Source: the human T2T-CHM13v2.0 reference genome, Homo sapiens. From it: a stretch of 64,000 nucleotides of DNA. Positions 46,465 through 59,760 of this stretch are shown piece by piece. The translations under genes and the position numbers were made by a program. The notes under the pieces were generated by a model. The model saw nothing but the letters and a program-made list of their open reading frames with translations, was not told the DNA's origin and made no database searches. Within the stretch, counting starts at the first letter, position 1; every line of letters begins with the position of its first letter. The stretch is from assembly GCF_009914755.1 (NCBI RefSeq), contig NC_060937.1; one strand, given 5' to 3'.

Positions 46465-48067
46465 TAAGAGTCACACAAGCTACTTTAATTCACATTCCAT
46501 TCCCTGTATCTTAGTAAACATATAATATAGCTGCGAGAGATGCTTAGAAATAGAGTCAGATCTGAGCAGTCATGTGTCCAGGTAAGAGAGGGGATATATT
46601 ATTGAAAGGAGGAATGTGAATACAGTTTGTATTTACTACTTCTGATAATTGTGGCTTTCTCTTCTTTAAAACTTTACCATTCATCACATACATTCAATCT
46701 CCCAATATTTTGTTCACAAATCTTGTCTTCTCTTTTATTCTCTTTCTCTTTCAGTGTATCTTTCTTAACTATTATTTTAGTGAATTTGAGAAGCAAGTAA
46801 AAACTCATGTACTCCACCTTCCATATTAAATTGGAAGATACTTTCACAAAATAACCACATCTGTACAGCTAAAATATCTGCTAAAATACCTGCTATCGTA
46901 TATATTTCAATTGATAAAGGAATTTTGCTAAGACCCTATTCTGTGTTCTCTCCAATATAATACTTATACTTAATTATCTGAAATAATGTGCCTTAAATTT
47001 TATTATTCATGATTTCCTATAGGAATAAATCTTTGATATTTTCATAGTTTTGGTAATTTAGTAACAAAATGTGTAAAATTTATTTTGAAATTAATACTGA
47101 GACATTGTTCTAGAGAAATGTGATTGGTTTAGAAATAGAACATTGCTTTGGAAAAATACATTTTTATAAATAGTAACATACTGAATACTTGAGGTAATGA
47201 ATTTCTAGTTCACTACAACCCATTTTCCAATCCTATGATTTTAAGTCATTTTTATCTATTTATATAAAATCATCACACTTGCAGTTTTATTTACTCTGTC
47301 TCATACTGATTCATAATCTACATTAGCACTGGTATGCATCTCACTACTTATTTATCACAAGTACAGATTGTAATATTTGTATGACTATTTTCATCATAAC
47401 TTTTATCCTTTCAATAATTGATTTTGAGCTCTCACTCTCTATATATGCTTTTTTATGATTCAATAAAAATGTGAATTTAAAAAATATAATTTCAACATGT
47501 ACAGAGACTTAACCCCCTCTGTCTCAGGTGAAACTATTTAGTAACATGATAATGAATGTTCAGTAAGACAAAGGAAAATTAAAGCCCAGGAAGCATAGTA
47601 AAAGCCATTAAGAATACAAGACCATTATGATAGTAATAATAATTTTGAGAAAATATTAACAAAGTTTGAAATTCAAATTTGTGAAATGCATGTGACCAAA
47701 ATTATTTTATAGCTTCTTGAAATAATTAAACTAATTGTGGATCTTTTGACAGACTGTCAGAGACTTTGATATTTTATATATATACATATATATACACAAA
47801 CACACACACATATATATACACATATATACGTATTTTTATTTGAATATGCAAGCTTTAGAATTTTTGTTAAAATTCTAACTTACAAAATATGTATACAAAC
47901 TACTTTCCAGAAGGGAAGATAGCTTTTCTTCTTAAAGGATAACAAAGAACTTAACCAGTTATACTCTCAGGAGTGCTCCAAATTTGAAAGCAATAATTTC
48001 ATTTTACAGATGTAAAATTTTTATTAGATCAACAATGAAACTGTTGTCACTTAAATAAGTAGCTCTT

Positions 48068-48444
48068 TCTATTAGTTTGTTCTCACATTACTATAAGGAA
48101 CACCCTAAGACTGGGTAATTTATGAAGAACAGAGGTTTAATTGGCTCAGTTCTACAGGCTGTACAGGAAGCATGGCTGAGGAGGCCACAGAAAACTTACA
48201 ATCATGGCGGAAGGGGAAGGGGAAGCAGGCATGTCTTACCGTGGCAGAGCAAGAGAGAGAGAAGGAATGGGGATGTGCTACATACTTTTAAACAACTAGA
48301 TCTCGTGGTAACTCAGTATCATGAGAAGAGCAAGGGGGAAGTCCGCCCCATGATCCGATCACCTCTCATCAGGCCCTTCCTCCAACATAGGTGACTACAA
48401 TTCAACACAAGATTTGGATGGGCACACAAATAAAAACCATATAA
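48068..48444 (-). mobile_element. THE1D/MSTA-like MaLR solo LTR
   Basis: tattagtttgttctcacatt...gactgggtaatttatgaagaacagaggtttaattggctca...; 5-bp TSD ctctt/ctctc. Confidence 0.85.
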
Positions 48445-48844
48445 CTCTCCAAAATAGATCTATATAGGATGATAGTTGGCTGTCAGTATAAAATGATCAC
48501 CTGAAGAAACAACTTAAAATATAGATTCATAAAAACCACTCCTACAAATTTTAGCTCATAAAGTTGGGTGCAACTAAAGAATCTACATTTCATAAAACTT
48601 CCCTTACAGTTCAAGTTTGGGCACCAGTGATATACATGATAAGGCATAAAATTATTGAATGCCTAACATGGTGAGAGAATGTGTGAGATATTTTTCTGTG
48701 TGCTCTTATTTTACTCACAGAATAAACCTGTAAGGCAGACTTCATTATCCAAAATTCACATCAGAGGAAACTAAAGCTCATACAGGTTAAGTACTGTGGT
48801 CATACAAAATAGAAATTCTGGAACTTGTATAAAAATGTTATCCT

Positions 48845-49160
48845 ATATGAATTAATTTCCTAGAGATCTCATAACAAAGTAACATAAACCAGGTGGCTTA
48901 AAACAAGAGAAATTTCTTTTATCACAGTTCTGGTGACTACAATTCCCAAATCAATGTATCTGTAGGGCCATGATCCTTCTGACATCTGTAGTGGAATCCT
49001 TTCTTGCCTTTTGCTAGCTTTTTGTTGCATACTACTGTCTTCTTATAAAGTCACAAGTCATATTAAATTAGGGGCTCACCCTATTCCAGTATTATCTCAT
49101 CTTTATTATTGGTGGTTAAGTACTGTTGGTTAGGACTTCATCATATCTTCTATGGAGGAA
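48845..49160 (-). mobile_element. MLT1 (A-C-like) LTR
   Basis: ataacaaagtaacataaaccaggtggcttaaaacaagagaaattt...tcacagttctgg...taggacttcatcatatctt. Confidence 0.7.
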
Positions 49161-49779
49161 ACAGTTCAAACCACAAACCTTTCACTAAAACGTATGTTTC
49201 CAGTATGCCACACCACCTCCATAGATCAAACATATACATAATTTCCCTGGATTTCTAAATGGCAATAACCACTTTTTGAGCAGTGAAATTTTTGAATAAT
49301 CTTTGAAAATAGAATACCTTTAGAAATGAGAAGGACTTGGGTATTATTTACCTTATCCTTTTTATTTCAAAGATGAAGAAAACTGAAGTTAAGAGACAAG
49401 AGACCTTATATAACTTGCTCAACGTCATGTAGCTAGTGAAACAGCATACGCCAGAACATTGATCTTCTGATCATTAAATAGGCCAGTTCCTTATTATAAT
49501 ATAATTTCGGCTGTGCTATAAATTTTATGAATATTTGTTTTCAAAAAGCAACATTCTCCTGGAATTGTTTGTCCTGAACTATCAACAGCATTATTTGTAA
49601 TAAAGTAGGTTTTTCTCTGAATTTGTTCACACTAATACATCATCATGAAGGGTAAATTAATAGGATAATCCTTTAAAAATATTTCTACAGCAAATTCCCA
49701 ACTCAATAACTATTAGATATTTGTTTTTAAATAGTTTTGTTCTTGAGTTGATACTGCTATTATTTTGATGATTGACTAA

Positions 49780-50720
49780 GGTAAAATAGTGTGATAAATC
49801 TTAAAATATTTAGAAAATAATTTAACAAGAAATGTGCCAGACTTCTAATTTTGACCAAATCAACCAAACAAAACATGTTGAGACAAATTAAGGAGATCTA
49901 AGTAAGTGAAAAAATATACAATATTAATTGCTTGGAAGATTCAGTATTGTTAAAATGTGGATTCAATACAAAATAATTCTGAAATGAATACAGCCTCAAT
50001 CAAAATCTTGACACCTCTGTTTGGAGACATTGACAAGTGGGTTTTAAAATTTATATGAAATTCAAAGTTTCTAGAAAGCAAAGAATGTTCACTAAAGCAA
50101 CAAAGCTGAAAGACTCACACTACCTTATTTCAATATTTACTGTAAAAGTTCAGTATTCTAAACAATTTGGTATTGTTTTAGGATTGAAAAATAGAACGGA
50201 AAGGAAAGTTGATTAGATTAAATTCATTTTCAACATCAGTGCCAAAGCAATTTAATGGAGAAAATGATATATTTTAAACAAATGTTTCCGGAACAATTTG
50301 ATGAATGTAGTAAAATGAATCTTGATCTCCACATATCATACATAATAATTCAGGTCTGAATTAATTGGCATACACATAAAAGCTAAAAACTACAAAGCTT
50401 GTAGAAGAAAACACAGGAGACTATCTTTGTAACCTTAGAGTAGGCAATGATTTCTTAAATAAGACCCCAAAACCAAAAAAGAATAAAAAGTTATAACAAT
50501 AAACTGGAATAAAACTATCCCTGCTCATGAAAACATGCAATAAAGAAAATGAAAGGCAAGATATAGACTTATGTAATTAGTTATTAGCCAATTAAAACTA
50601 AAACCACAATGAGAACAATTTCGCACCCACTACAGTGGCTAAAATTAAAGGGCAACACAAACTAGTAGCTCCACAAATATGGAGCAACTAGAACTCTCAT
50701 ATATTGGTGATAGATTGTCT
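49780..50720 (+). mobile_element. Old L1 (L1ME-like) ORF2 fragment
   Basis: tggaagattcagtattgttaaaatg...tagaagaaaacacaggagactatctttgtaacctt...ggagcaactagaactctcata. Confidence 0.65.
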
Positions 50721-50789
50721 TGTGTTTTGTATATACTCTTTGGTATTGCATGAAATATACACAATATTGTAATTATTTTGCCCTTATAC

Positions 50790-51920
50790 ATAAACAGAGG
50801 TGTTGTTTCACTCTCTGTTTTCAAGATCTTTTTCTTTTAGTTTTCAAAGTTTTCTCATACTGTATCTTGGTGTGGATTTCTTTAGGTTTACTTATTTATT
50901 TTTGTGTGGTTCACTCAGCTTCTTGTGTCAGTAAGTTTACGTTTTTTTGGTCAAATTTGAGTTTTGAGCCATTATTTCTTCAAGTTCTTTTTTAGTCTTA
51001 CCTTCTTTCTCCTTGCCTTCTGGGAGTTGATGACATACATATTAGATTATTAGATAAAAATATATTGTCTGTTATAGTAGCACAGGTCTATGAGGGCTTT
51101 TTCATTTTCCTTTCAGTTTATGTTTTGTTTTGTAGATTGGATAATTTTCATTGTTCTATTTTCAAATTCACTGATTTTTCTTTATGTTCACTGATTTTTC
51201 TCTATGTTCTATTTTCAGATTCACTGATTTTTCTCTGTTTTCGCTATTGAGTCTATCCATTCAGGTTTTGGCTCCCATATTGTGTTTCAGTTCTGAAGTT
51301 CCCATTTAATTTTTCCTAGCAGGGAGAAGGAGTGGGACCTTGATAATGACAGGAAAGAGTGGATGTTAGGCACTGTAAGGAAGAATAGTTTTGGCTCCGT
51401 AGTTGGCTTTATCTGACATCACCCTAGCAAAGAGGGTAGGGTGCTTTGTTAATCTTGCCAAGGGTGAAAGTCTAGATTGTCTATTAAACCTTGTTCTTAG
51501 GGGTGGAGGCAACAGGTTTTGTGTGTGTGTCTGGTGTTAGGGTGAAATAAAGCAGTTAATGTCTAAAAGTGTATGTCTTGCTATGCTGCACTTTTCTTGC
51601 TCTCCTAGCTAGAGAAAATAGACATCTTTTTTTATTATTATTTGTTGTTATTTGTTTGTTTATCCGCCCCCATTGGATTCAGAGTTGCTGGCTACTTCAT
51701 CTCCAAGTCTTGAATATCTGAAGCAAAAAAACAAAACGAAAACCTAGGGAACTCATCAACTTGCTTCTTAGGTCTCCAGTTTCCTGGACAGTCTGCCATT
51801 TTCTCTCTACTTTTTTCCAAGTCTCCTTATGTTTGTTTTACTACAATGACCAGGGTTTTTCACTGTACTGAGGAAGGAAAAATTGGTAAATGTATGTCTA
51901 CCCCATCTTCCTAGAAGTGA
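50790..51920 (-). mobile_element. Old L1 5'/ORF1-region fragment (antisense)
   Basis: tttcaagatctttttc...ggttcactcagcttcttg...agccattatttcttcaa; boundaries approximate. Confidence 0.55.
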
Positions 51921-52565
51921 AGTCTCAATTCCCCGTTTTTGAAATAAGGATTCACAGAGATTTCTCACACTTCTCGAGAACCTACAAGCACATTAAATTT
52001 TAAATTTTTATCAGCTGTTTTCTGTTTGTTTGTTTGTTTTTTAAAGTCCTTTCAGGGTACATTTACTACCATCATGATAAAATGCCAAAATATATTTTGG
52101 CATATTTTCAGAGGTGCGGAAAATTGAACTTTTCCAGGAGTTAAATCTAGAGAGTGACTTATCTTCATGTCTTATTTTGATATTTGTTTTTTATAAATGT
52201 GTCCTATATTACTTTTTGAGAATTATAAATCAGTGATCCAGAAATATCATCAACCAAAGAAATTCAAAACCATTCAACCATCACCACTGTGAAACTAGAC
52301 TCAAGGCTACTTTAAAAAGTAATACTAAGTGAAATGTATGGACACTGGTACATGGATGGTAATTAGTTTCATAATTATATTTATACTATTAGGATTATCA
52401 TGTCACAACAGTAGGGATTACACATCCAATGGACCATAACAAATTCAAAATATGTTTTATCTAACTAGTTAATAACATATGACTAAGACTTTTGGATAGA
52501 TTAAAGGTGGTTTTTAAAAATTAGTTTGTGTTTTAAATTATTCTTCAAAAATCGAGATTCACATA

Positions 52566-53176
52566 CAGTAATTGAGATTTGGCTGTGTGAGGTTTCAGTT
52601 ATCTGAGGTTAATTGTGGCTCAATAATATTAAATAAAAATTTTCAGAAATAAACAATTCATAAGTTTTTAATCGTATACTCTTCTGAGTAGTGTGACAAA
52701 ATCTCATGCCCTCTCACTTTATCCCACTTGGGATGTGAATCATCCCATGGTCCAGCATATTTACACTGTATACGCCACATGCACCCCACCACACACACAC
52801 CCAATTAGTCATTTAGTAGTCTTTTTGGTTGTCAGATTGACTGTTGTGGTATTGCAGGGCTTGTGTTCAAGTTAATCCTTATTTCACTTAATAATGGTCC
52901 CAAAGACCAAAAGTAGTGATGCTGGTCTTTCAGATATGCCAAAGAGGAGCCATAACTTGCTTCCTTTAAATGAAAAGGTAAAATGTATTATCTTAATAAA
53001 GAGGAAATCATGTGCCGAGGTTGATATCTATAATAAGAATGAATATTCTTTCCATGAAAGTGTGAAGAAGAAAAAATATTCATGCATAGTACATTTAGGG
53101 TTTGATGGTATCTGCAGTTTCAGACATCCACTGGGGGTCTTGGAATGTATCCCCAGTGAATAAAAGGGGACTACTG
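52566..53176. mobile_element. MER44 (TcMar-Tigger) DNA transposon
   Basis: TA|CAGTA...ggggactactg|TA ends; internal tttcagacatccactgggggtcttggaatgtatcccc. Confidence 0.8.
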
Positions 53177-54338
53177 TACTCTGTTGTATTTACCCTTTTC
53201 ATATGTCTCTTTCTTTTACTAACAAAGCTAAAATCAGCTATTTATACCATGGCTCAAGTCCCTGCCTTTCTTGTTCAATGCCAGAAATGTAGGTGCTAGT
53301 TTCATGTCATTTTTATTACACTCATCCCTAATTTGTTTCATCCTTTCCAAAGCTGTACATTCACTTTACTATTCACTGTGTCTTTCTTCCCCTTCATCAC
53401 ATAGTCTATTCCATTCATCACGCTCTTAGAACTCACTAAAAACACAATCTTACAAACAACCACAACTTCATTGTCCCTTAATCTTTCTGCTACATGATCT
53501 GGCAAAGTTAAAAACCCTCAATCAATCAGCTGTCCATTGCGTGTACTTCTTCATTCAGGTTGCTGAATGCTCTTGGGAAAAATCCCTCAATTGTATGGAT
53601 TTGTGTCAGCACACAGTCATTGTCTGCAACCTCAACTGGAGGTTGTAAGCTGTTTGAAACAGGTATTATATTTATTTGTACTCAGTTTCTAACCCAATAA
53701 GTTGTAAATTCTAGGCACTCAAGAAATGCCACCTGATGGATTTGTTTTGCCAAATCCTATTTATCCAAACAATACTATTATTGTACGTTTGACACATTTC
53801 ACATTTCTTGATTGTGAATTTATTTTGAAAAGATTTTAATTATTTCGTCTAATATGCTAGAGGAAATTTTCATGTAAATGACCTTTAAATACTACCAAAA
53901 ATTGGTTTTAATTGTCCTCACTTTACTTATCACTTTCACTTCTCTTGCTGCTTCTGTCACTCAAGGAATTCACAAAGCGGTTCCAGACTTACTGGCATTT
54001 TGGTCCCCTGACTTGCAGCACATTATACCTCTAATTAAGTCTCTGTGTTATTTTAGTATTTTGCTTGTTTGGCTCAATATCTCTCTTCCTTTCAGGTTAA
54101 ATGTTGTAAACAGAAAGCGAGTATAATGGCTGCCCAATCAAATTATAGAAGGAATGCTGAAAAGGTCAAAACAGCAAAACACACTATGGTAATTTATGTA
54201 ATGTAGAATGTATTAAAATTTTGGCCTCATTTGACTCAAGAAAAAAGCACAATGGCACAATAGAAATGGCACAGTCTATTCAGAGTGAAATCTTACCTTC
54301 TAACTGGCAGAAAATTTTCACCTTTGTTTATTTCTCTC

Positions 54339-54432
54339 CTTTGGGAACGTCTCTCCCCTGGTTCAAAGGAAAAGTCATTCCTGTGCCCACTGGCAACCTC
54401 CTTTTCATTCTCCCTTTTTCATTTGTCATTAA
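54339..54432 (+). repeat. Copy 1 (probable template) of a 94-bp inverted duplication
   Basis: 81/94 identity by hand alignment to the reverse complement of 55185-55277, including a 30-nt exact core. Confidence 0.92.
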
Positions 54433-55034
54433 GATGGGGAAGAAGCACATTAAATCTTTCTGCTCTTGTGAAACCCTCATAGACTTCATGTTCCTTCTTT
54501 TATATGCATTTCTCCCTTTTACAAGCATTGCTTATTAGGCTGACCAATGACACCCTTATTTAGTTTCTAGGGGTGTATGATGTACTGGCTTTGGCATGAG
54601 CCATTTAAACAAAAGCTAGTTGTTATAAATAAAAGCAGAGAGGGAAGGAGTATCACCACTGACTACTAAATTAACATGAATTTGGAATGAAGTGAGGAGG
54701 AACATCTTGGTTATTTCTATCAGGTAGTAGCTTTTGGATACAGATATTGTAAGTGTGTTGTTAAGGAGGTATGGGAACATACACTGAAATTATTAAAGCA
54801 ACATATTTTTTTTCATTCTCATTATGCATTTGATACTGTGGTCACACGGAAGAGAGTAGAGGATGGCTTCCTTATTTAGAAATATTGTTTATATTGATGT
54901 GAGTTTAAATCATGTGAAAAGTATCCATAGAGACATTGATTATCTTAATATTTGTCTTACTGTGGCTAGCTAAATTATAAAAAGATACATTTATATATGT
55001 GTTAACTAGATGAAATAACTTATCATTGTTGATT

Positions 55035-55540
55035 ACTGGGTTCCTTAAGAAGCTGACTCTGAGATGAAGTTTGGTGTGCAAGATGTTTTAGGGAGGACTC
55101 TTGGGATCAATAACTGTGGAAGCAAGGAAGAAAACATTGGACAGAGAGAGAAGTCACACTCCAGCCCAGCCATGGATGAGCCAATTAATGACAAATGACA
55201 AGGGGATGACAAAAAGTGGGTTGCCAATGGACACAGGAATGACTTTTCCTTTGAACCAGGGAGACATGTTCCCAAAGTAGGGTGGCTCTAGAACTTGAAT
55301 GGGATTTCAGAGTTGTCCTTGATTTTGCTGAGCAAAGCAAACCTCTGTATCCCCACTGAGATTTGTCATTGTGATTAGGCTGCTCTGGGATGGGGCTTGT
55401 CCTTAGGCCAGGAGACTCTATGAAATTGAAACCATACTTAAAAGGACTGACAGCTGAAATATGTCTACTCACAATGCACCAAGAAGCTGACTCAATGAGT
55501 TATTCATTAAAGAGGAGTCTGTCTGGAATGTTCTCCAGCT
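55035..55540 (-). mobile_element. LTR16-like ERVL LTR carrying the inverted insert
   Basis: ctgggttcc...gactctgagatgaagtttggtgtgcaag...tttcagagttgtcc matches recalled LTR16; continuous on both sides of 55185-55277. Confidence 0.6.
55185..55277 (-). repeat. Copy 2 (inverted insertion) of 54339-54432
   Basis: Same alignment; both ORF-track peptides share PGSKEKSFLCPLAT on opposite strands. Confidence 0.92.
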
Positions 55541-55559
55541 AAGTGTTGCCAAGTGACTA

Positions 55560-56700
55560 AGTTCTCTGTAATACAATTGAAGTTGAAGTAATCTGTGCAG
55601 TGTTTGAGCCTCTTTCTCAAAAGGAAGTAGCCTGTCCTCACTGTGATTGTTTCTGTTTCCGTAGGCTGAACAATGCATTGAAAATGACCCATTTAGGGAC
55701 ATATAGATGAAATCAATACCTAGGGAAGGAAAGAGCAACAAAATAGAAGGAACTTGAGTTCCTTCATGGACAGGGCTTCACAGAGGCATGATGTCTTCAA
55801 GTCTGGACCACACCCAAACTGCATATGTGAGAGAAATAACTCATATTTAAACTACTGTATTTTGTGGTCTATTTGTAACCAACTTAGTCTTTAATTAATA
55901 CAGAAAAGAGTACCTGGATGTGAGCTGCTATAAACAAAACCCCAATTTATGTGGCACTGGTATTGCTATAAGATGATAAGATGAAAAAAGATGGCATGAG
56001 AGTTCTAGCTGGAAACATGATGACTCATGTTGGACCTGGCAAAACAGTTGTAAAGCTATCACCCGTGAAAACTTCAATGGCAGACCATATGCTTACCAAG
56101 TCTGTAGTTTTACTAGAATGTTAGAGAAATTCAGACTAACGATGTGTTTTGGCGGCTCTTTGCTGTTTTAGCAAAATTACTAGAAAAGAGAGCTGAGATT
56201 AGGCAAGAACTGATAATTTTTGCAGCCCTATATGGAAGAAAATATAGCATTGCTAAGAGAGGCACTCTCTGCCTCCAATATGCAATTATATTGATGGAGC
56301 AACCAATAATCTAGGCTCAAAAAGCATTAAAATACCAACAGCTTTTTTATCCTAAATAGCAGAAGATGAGATTGTCACTTGCAGCCTATCTTTAGGGCCT
56401 CCAAATTAAACCTTTTAGACAGAACAGGGAGCCAGTCTCTGGTAAAATTGTGATGGAGGACGTTACTTTCCAACTTAACTGTATTGTTTCAGGGTATTTT
56501 CAATTTAGCTGCCTGTCATTGGAGAGTGGATGTGTCTTCTCAGAATAAGTAAATAAAAGAGAAGAATTGGGAGGCTCAAGGTGTATGTCTAGAAGAAATC
56601 TTTGAGTCTTGTGATTTTAACAGAGGACTGACTGGAAGAAAATAAGGTGAAAACCTCTTGTTTTGTTGAGATAATTTTATTTCCAAGGACACCAAACCAA
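55560..56700 (+). mobile_element. Old MaLR LTR (MLT1J-like) plus internal sequence
   Basis: LTR end (tgtgagagaaataac...actactgtattttgtggtctatttgtaac...taatacag) followed by MLT-int-like start (aagagtacctggatgtgagctgct...tatgtggcactgg). Confidence 0.5.
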
Positions 56701-57664
56701 ATGCCTAGTCTACCAATGCCAGTTATTTGCCTAGATAGAATGATATAGTTTTTGGTTACATATTGAGTGAGGAGTAGTGATATAAAATGTGTATTAGTTT
56801 ATAGGGTACCAAATTTCAAAGGTTATATTTAGGCTTGGATGGAGAGGACGATGCTTGACTAAGAGATTCCAAACTTTGAGTAAAGCATGATAACTGGTGG
56901 AAGGAGTCTACAATGTGAGAATGAAGAAGGACACATGTGTTTGGTTTCATTTGTTCCAAGTTGCTCCAAATCCATTCTTGTATTACAGTAGATTTTTTTT
57001 GGGCATATGACTACTGAGACATCTTCCAACCTCCCTTGCATTAAGTTATGACTGATTTTTTTTCAATGGAATGTTAAAATGAATGACCATCCAACTCATT
57101 CATTAAATGAATTTTTTAGACTGCCTTTTCTCTCTTCACAGGATACAATATGGAAAAGTGTTGACTTATTTTCAGTAATGCAGATGAGAATAATGTTTTG
57201 GTAATGGCAAAGCAAAAAATGTAAAATGAACTTCGAACCCTACTTATTTCCTGGAGTAGGGTCATCTGACCTGCCACTCATTTCTAGACTGTCATGAGAA
57301 AGAAAAAATACATTCAGTTTATTTAATCCACTATATTTTGGGTTTTACAGTTTATTTATTTTTAAAATCAAAGCCTTTACTGCAGCTCATATATACCAGC
57401 AGTTTAACTTTTGTACAAGTTCTATTGTTTTTTTTCTATAATAAGGAGCTATAAACAGGCAAAGTTTGTTATGATTAACTACATAAATAGCTACAGATTA
57501 TTGCTCCATAAAGTATTAATTTTGCCAAAAATTGTTTTATCTCATTGTGGCAAAAGTATTTTGACATAATATGACATAATTTTCAATAAAGTACAGTAGA
57601 CAGTTGGTGTATACAAATATTATCACAAGAAAAAATAATATCGGTTGCATAGATGTCTTGAAAT

Positions 57665-57817
57665 TCAAAAAGACTTTTCTTCAATTGCTAAATTCTGTTC
57701 TTCAGAATTTTAGAATTCTTTCAGAATTCTGTTCTTCCAATTTTAGATTTTCCAAACGTACAAACTGATAATCAGTTCCTCGATCTTGACCTCACATATT
57801 GGATACATCTGCAAGTC
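57665..57817 (-). pseudogene. Fossil gene exon 12 (terminal coding part)
   Basis: ttaag|GA CTT GCA: (G)LADVSNM*GQDRGTDYQFVRLENLKLEEQN[34-nt duplication]LAIEEKSF-stop. Confidence 0.65.
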
Positions 57818-58005
57818 CTTAAGCATTAACACTAAAACTATGATCATATGACTATTCTACTCTTTTTTTTTAAGTGAACAACAAAAACTCCTAAATGAGA
57901 CAATAAACAGAAATTCAAATATGCTTATTGAAATTTAAGAATTCAACTCCATTAAAGCAGTTGGTTAGATCTGTCCTTTGTTCTGGTTTAAGTTCATAGG
58001 TTCAC

Positions 58006-58112
58006 CAACAGTTTGTCTGTTGTCTGGGGCACAATGGCAGATGACATTGACAAACTGACATTTTTTTTTTTTTTTGCACCAAAGCATACTTTAAACATTT
58101 TTTGAAAAGCAA
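58006..58112 (-). pseudogene. Fossil gene exon 11
   Basis: ctcattag|...G|gtgaac; CFSKNV*SMLWCKKKKKCQFVNVICHCAPDNRQTV. Confidence 0.65.
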
Positions 58113-58216
58113 CTAATGAGTGAGTAAATATATTACTCATTAGCATCCAGTGATTAAACTTCCATTTTTCCATCTATTTCTCTACACTCTATAATTTACT
58201 GAGAGCCCAGAGATAC

Positions 58217-58285
58217 CATTCATGTTATTCAGGTAGTCTCCCATTTTCCATTTCAGGGCCACTTTTCCCCTAGGGCTGCCTGTAC
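58217..58285 (-). pseudogene. Fossil gene exon 10
   Basis: gtatag|...TG|gtatct; 69 nt; YRQP*GKSGPEMENGRLPE*HE. Confidence 0.55.
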
Positions 58286-59155
58286 CTATACATTATACTA
58301 ATCAAAATTTAGAAAGTAGTTTGTAATCATTCAGAAGGTTGATGAATTACAGTGTCAGACTGGGGCAACTATTAATATAATTCAAATGATGTTCAATTTT
58401 ATAAACTGGTAGGCATGGTGGCACTTTAAAGATTTTCCTTATTCAAGCTATGTATTAAACATTAAAAAATGATTAACAACAGGGATTTTCATTGTTGCTT
58501 ACATTGCACTAAACTCTTAAGGTACTGAGGAGCATTGAATTTAGTTTATTTGTGGGGAGAAAGTTTTATTTACAGAATTTTGAAATTTAGTTAAAAAAAT
58601 AAGCTAATTACTTTTGGAAAAATTTAAATCTTTAACTCTGTCAAATGTGTATTGATTTGATCCAAACCAATTCAGGATGATATCCATCAGTATTATCTTT
58701 TTATAGTTGCTTTATTAAAAGTGATTATTATTAATAATATGAATAGAAGTCAATTATCATAGAAGAAATGGAAATATGTAGACTGCAGTTGTGTGCATAT
58801 GACTATCTGTTGACCTTCTTTTTCCTATCATAAGCAAGAAAAAATAAATCATAAATCATAAGTGAGAAAAAGAATTAGAATTTATTATTCTTCATATGAA
58901 AAACATCCACAATCATTAATAAAGTATTCATACATAGCTTATCCTACCCCTTTAGTTATTTCAACTTGCTTTATTTATTTATTAATAAAAATATTAGAAT
59001 CATTTTCCATAATTATGCCAAATTGTCAGTTCAAATAGTGTCACAAAATCAAGTTTCATTACCAAATGGCTTTTTAGCAATTCCAATGTACTATAGTTCA
59101 TACTGAAAATGTTTATTTTTTTCAAAACCCACAGGCACACACCCGATTTTCTCAC

Positions 59156-59208
59156 CCTCCCAGAATTATGGAATGATACAGAGATGGCTAATTTACCAAG
59201 ATGTCCAC
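59156..59208 (-). pseudogene. Fossil gene exon 9
   Basis: tttccaaattgcttag|...AGG|gtgaga; VDILVN*PSLYHSIILG. Confidence 0.65.
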
Positions 59209-59454
59209 CTAAGCAATTTGGAAATAATAAAATTTCTACATTTTTTTCATTTTTATTTTATTGGCATTTGAGTCATGCAGATACACAGGTTATATTATAC
59301 TGACACGTATTTGCGTATCTTTACATATTTCATTATTATTTGACTTTTCATCTCTTGCTCTTCTTCATTTACTGGTTCAATCTCCTATGTTCTTTTTATA
59401 CATTGTTGGAATAACTTTTCAATTAACTACATGTAATCTGCCATTAAATCTAAC

Positions 59455-59531
59455 CCCTTGTACAGTAAGGACATATTTATTATTTCCCTATGGATCTATG
59501 CTCAAGCAAGTAGCCCAAAGATTTTTTTTTT
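59455..59531 (-). pseudogene. Fossil gene exon 8 (frameshift in the A10 run)
   Basis: ctgcctctcag|A10...GGG|gttaga; KKNLWATCLSIDP*GNNKYVLTVQG. Confidence 0.55.
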
Positions 59532-59613
59532 CTGAGAGGCAGATTTCTGTTTCATACAGGGCTTGATGTGAAGGAAGCAAGGTTGTATTATAACGTCTTT
59601 ATTTGTCACTTAC

Positions 59614-59760
59614 TTCCCTCACTGCATGCCAAACAGATAGAGCTTTAGGAATTTTTGAATTGTGGCATCGTTTGGCACATCAAAGTAATGAGCCTGGGTT
59701 TCTAATAGCATACATCCTGTGATGTACTTCTGCTATGTAAGTCCCTCTACGCAGAGTTAC
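59614..59760 (-). pseudogene. Fossil gene exon 7
   Basis: ctttaag|...GAA|gtaagt; 147 nt; VTLRRGTYIAEVHHRMYAIRNPGSLL*CAKRCHNSKIPKALSVWHAVRE (alternative acceptor at 59785). Confidence 0.7.

Noticed and set aside
54339-55277. Inverted pair read as terminal inverted repeats of a DNA transposon
   Set aside because: The right copy sits inside a continuous LTR16-like element and there is no flanking TSD.
57743-59208. Alternative stop-free frame across the last exons (…GTGSPRGKVALKW…DLQMYPICEVKIEELIISLYVWKI)
   Set aside because: Needs the weaker gtgtgt donor at 59142, runs into clustered stops in upstream exons and lacks the colinear motif matches. Not fully excluded; orthologs would decide.
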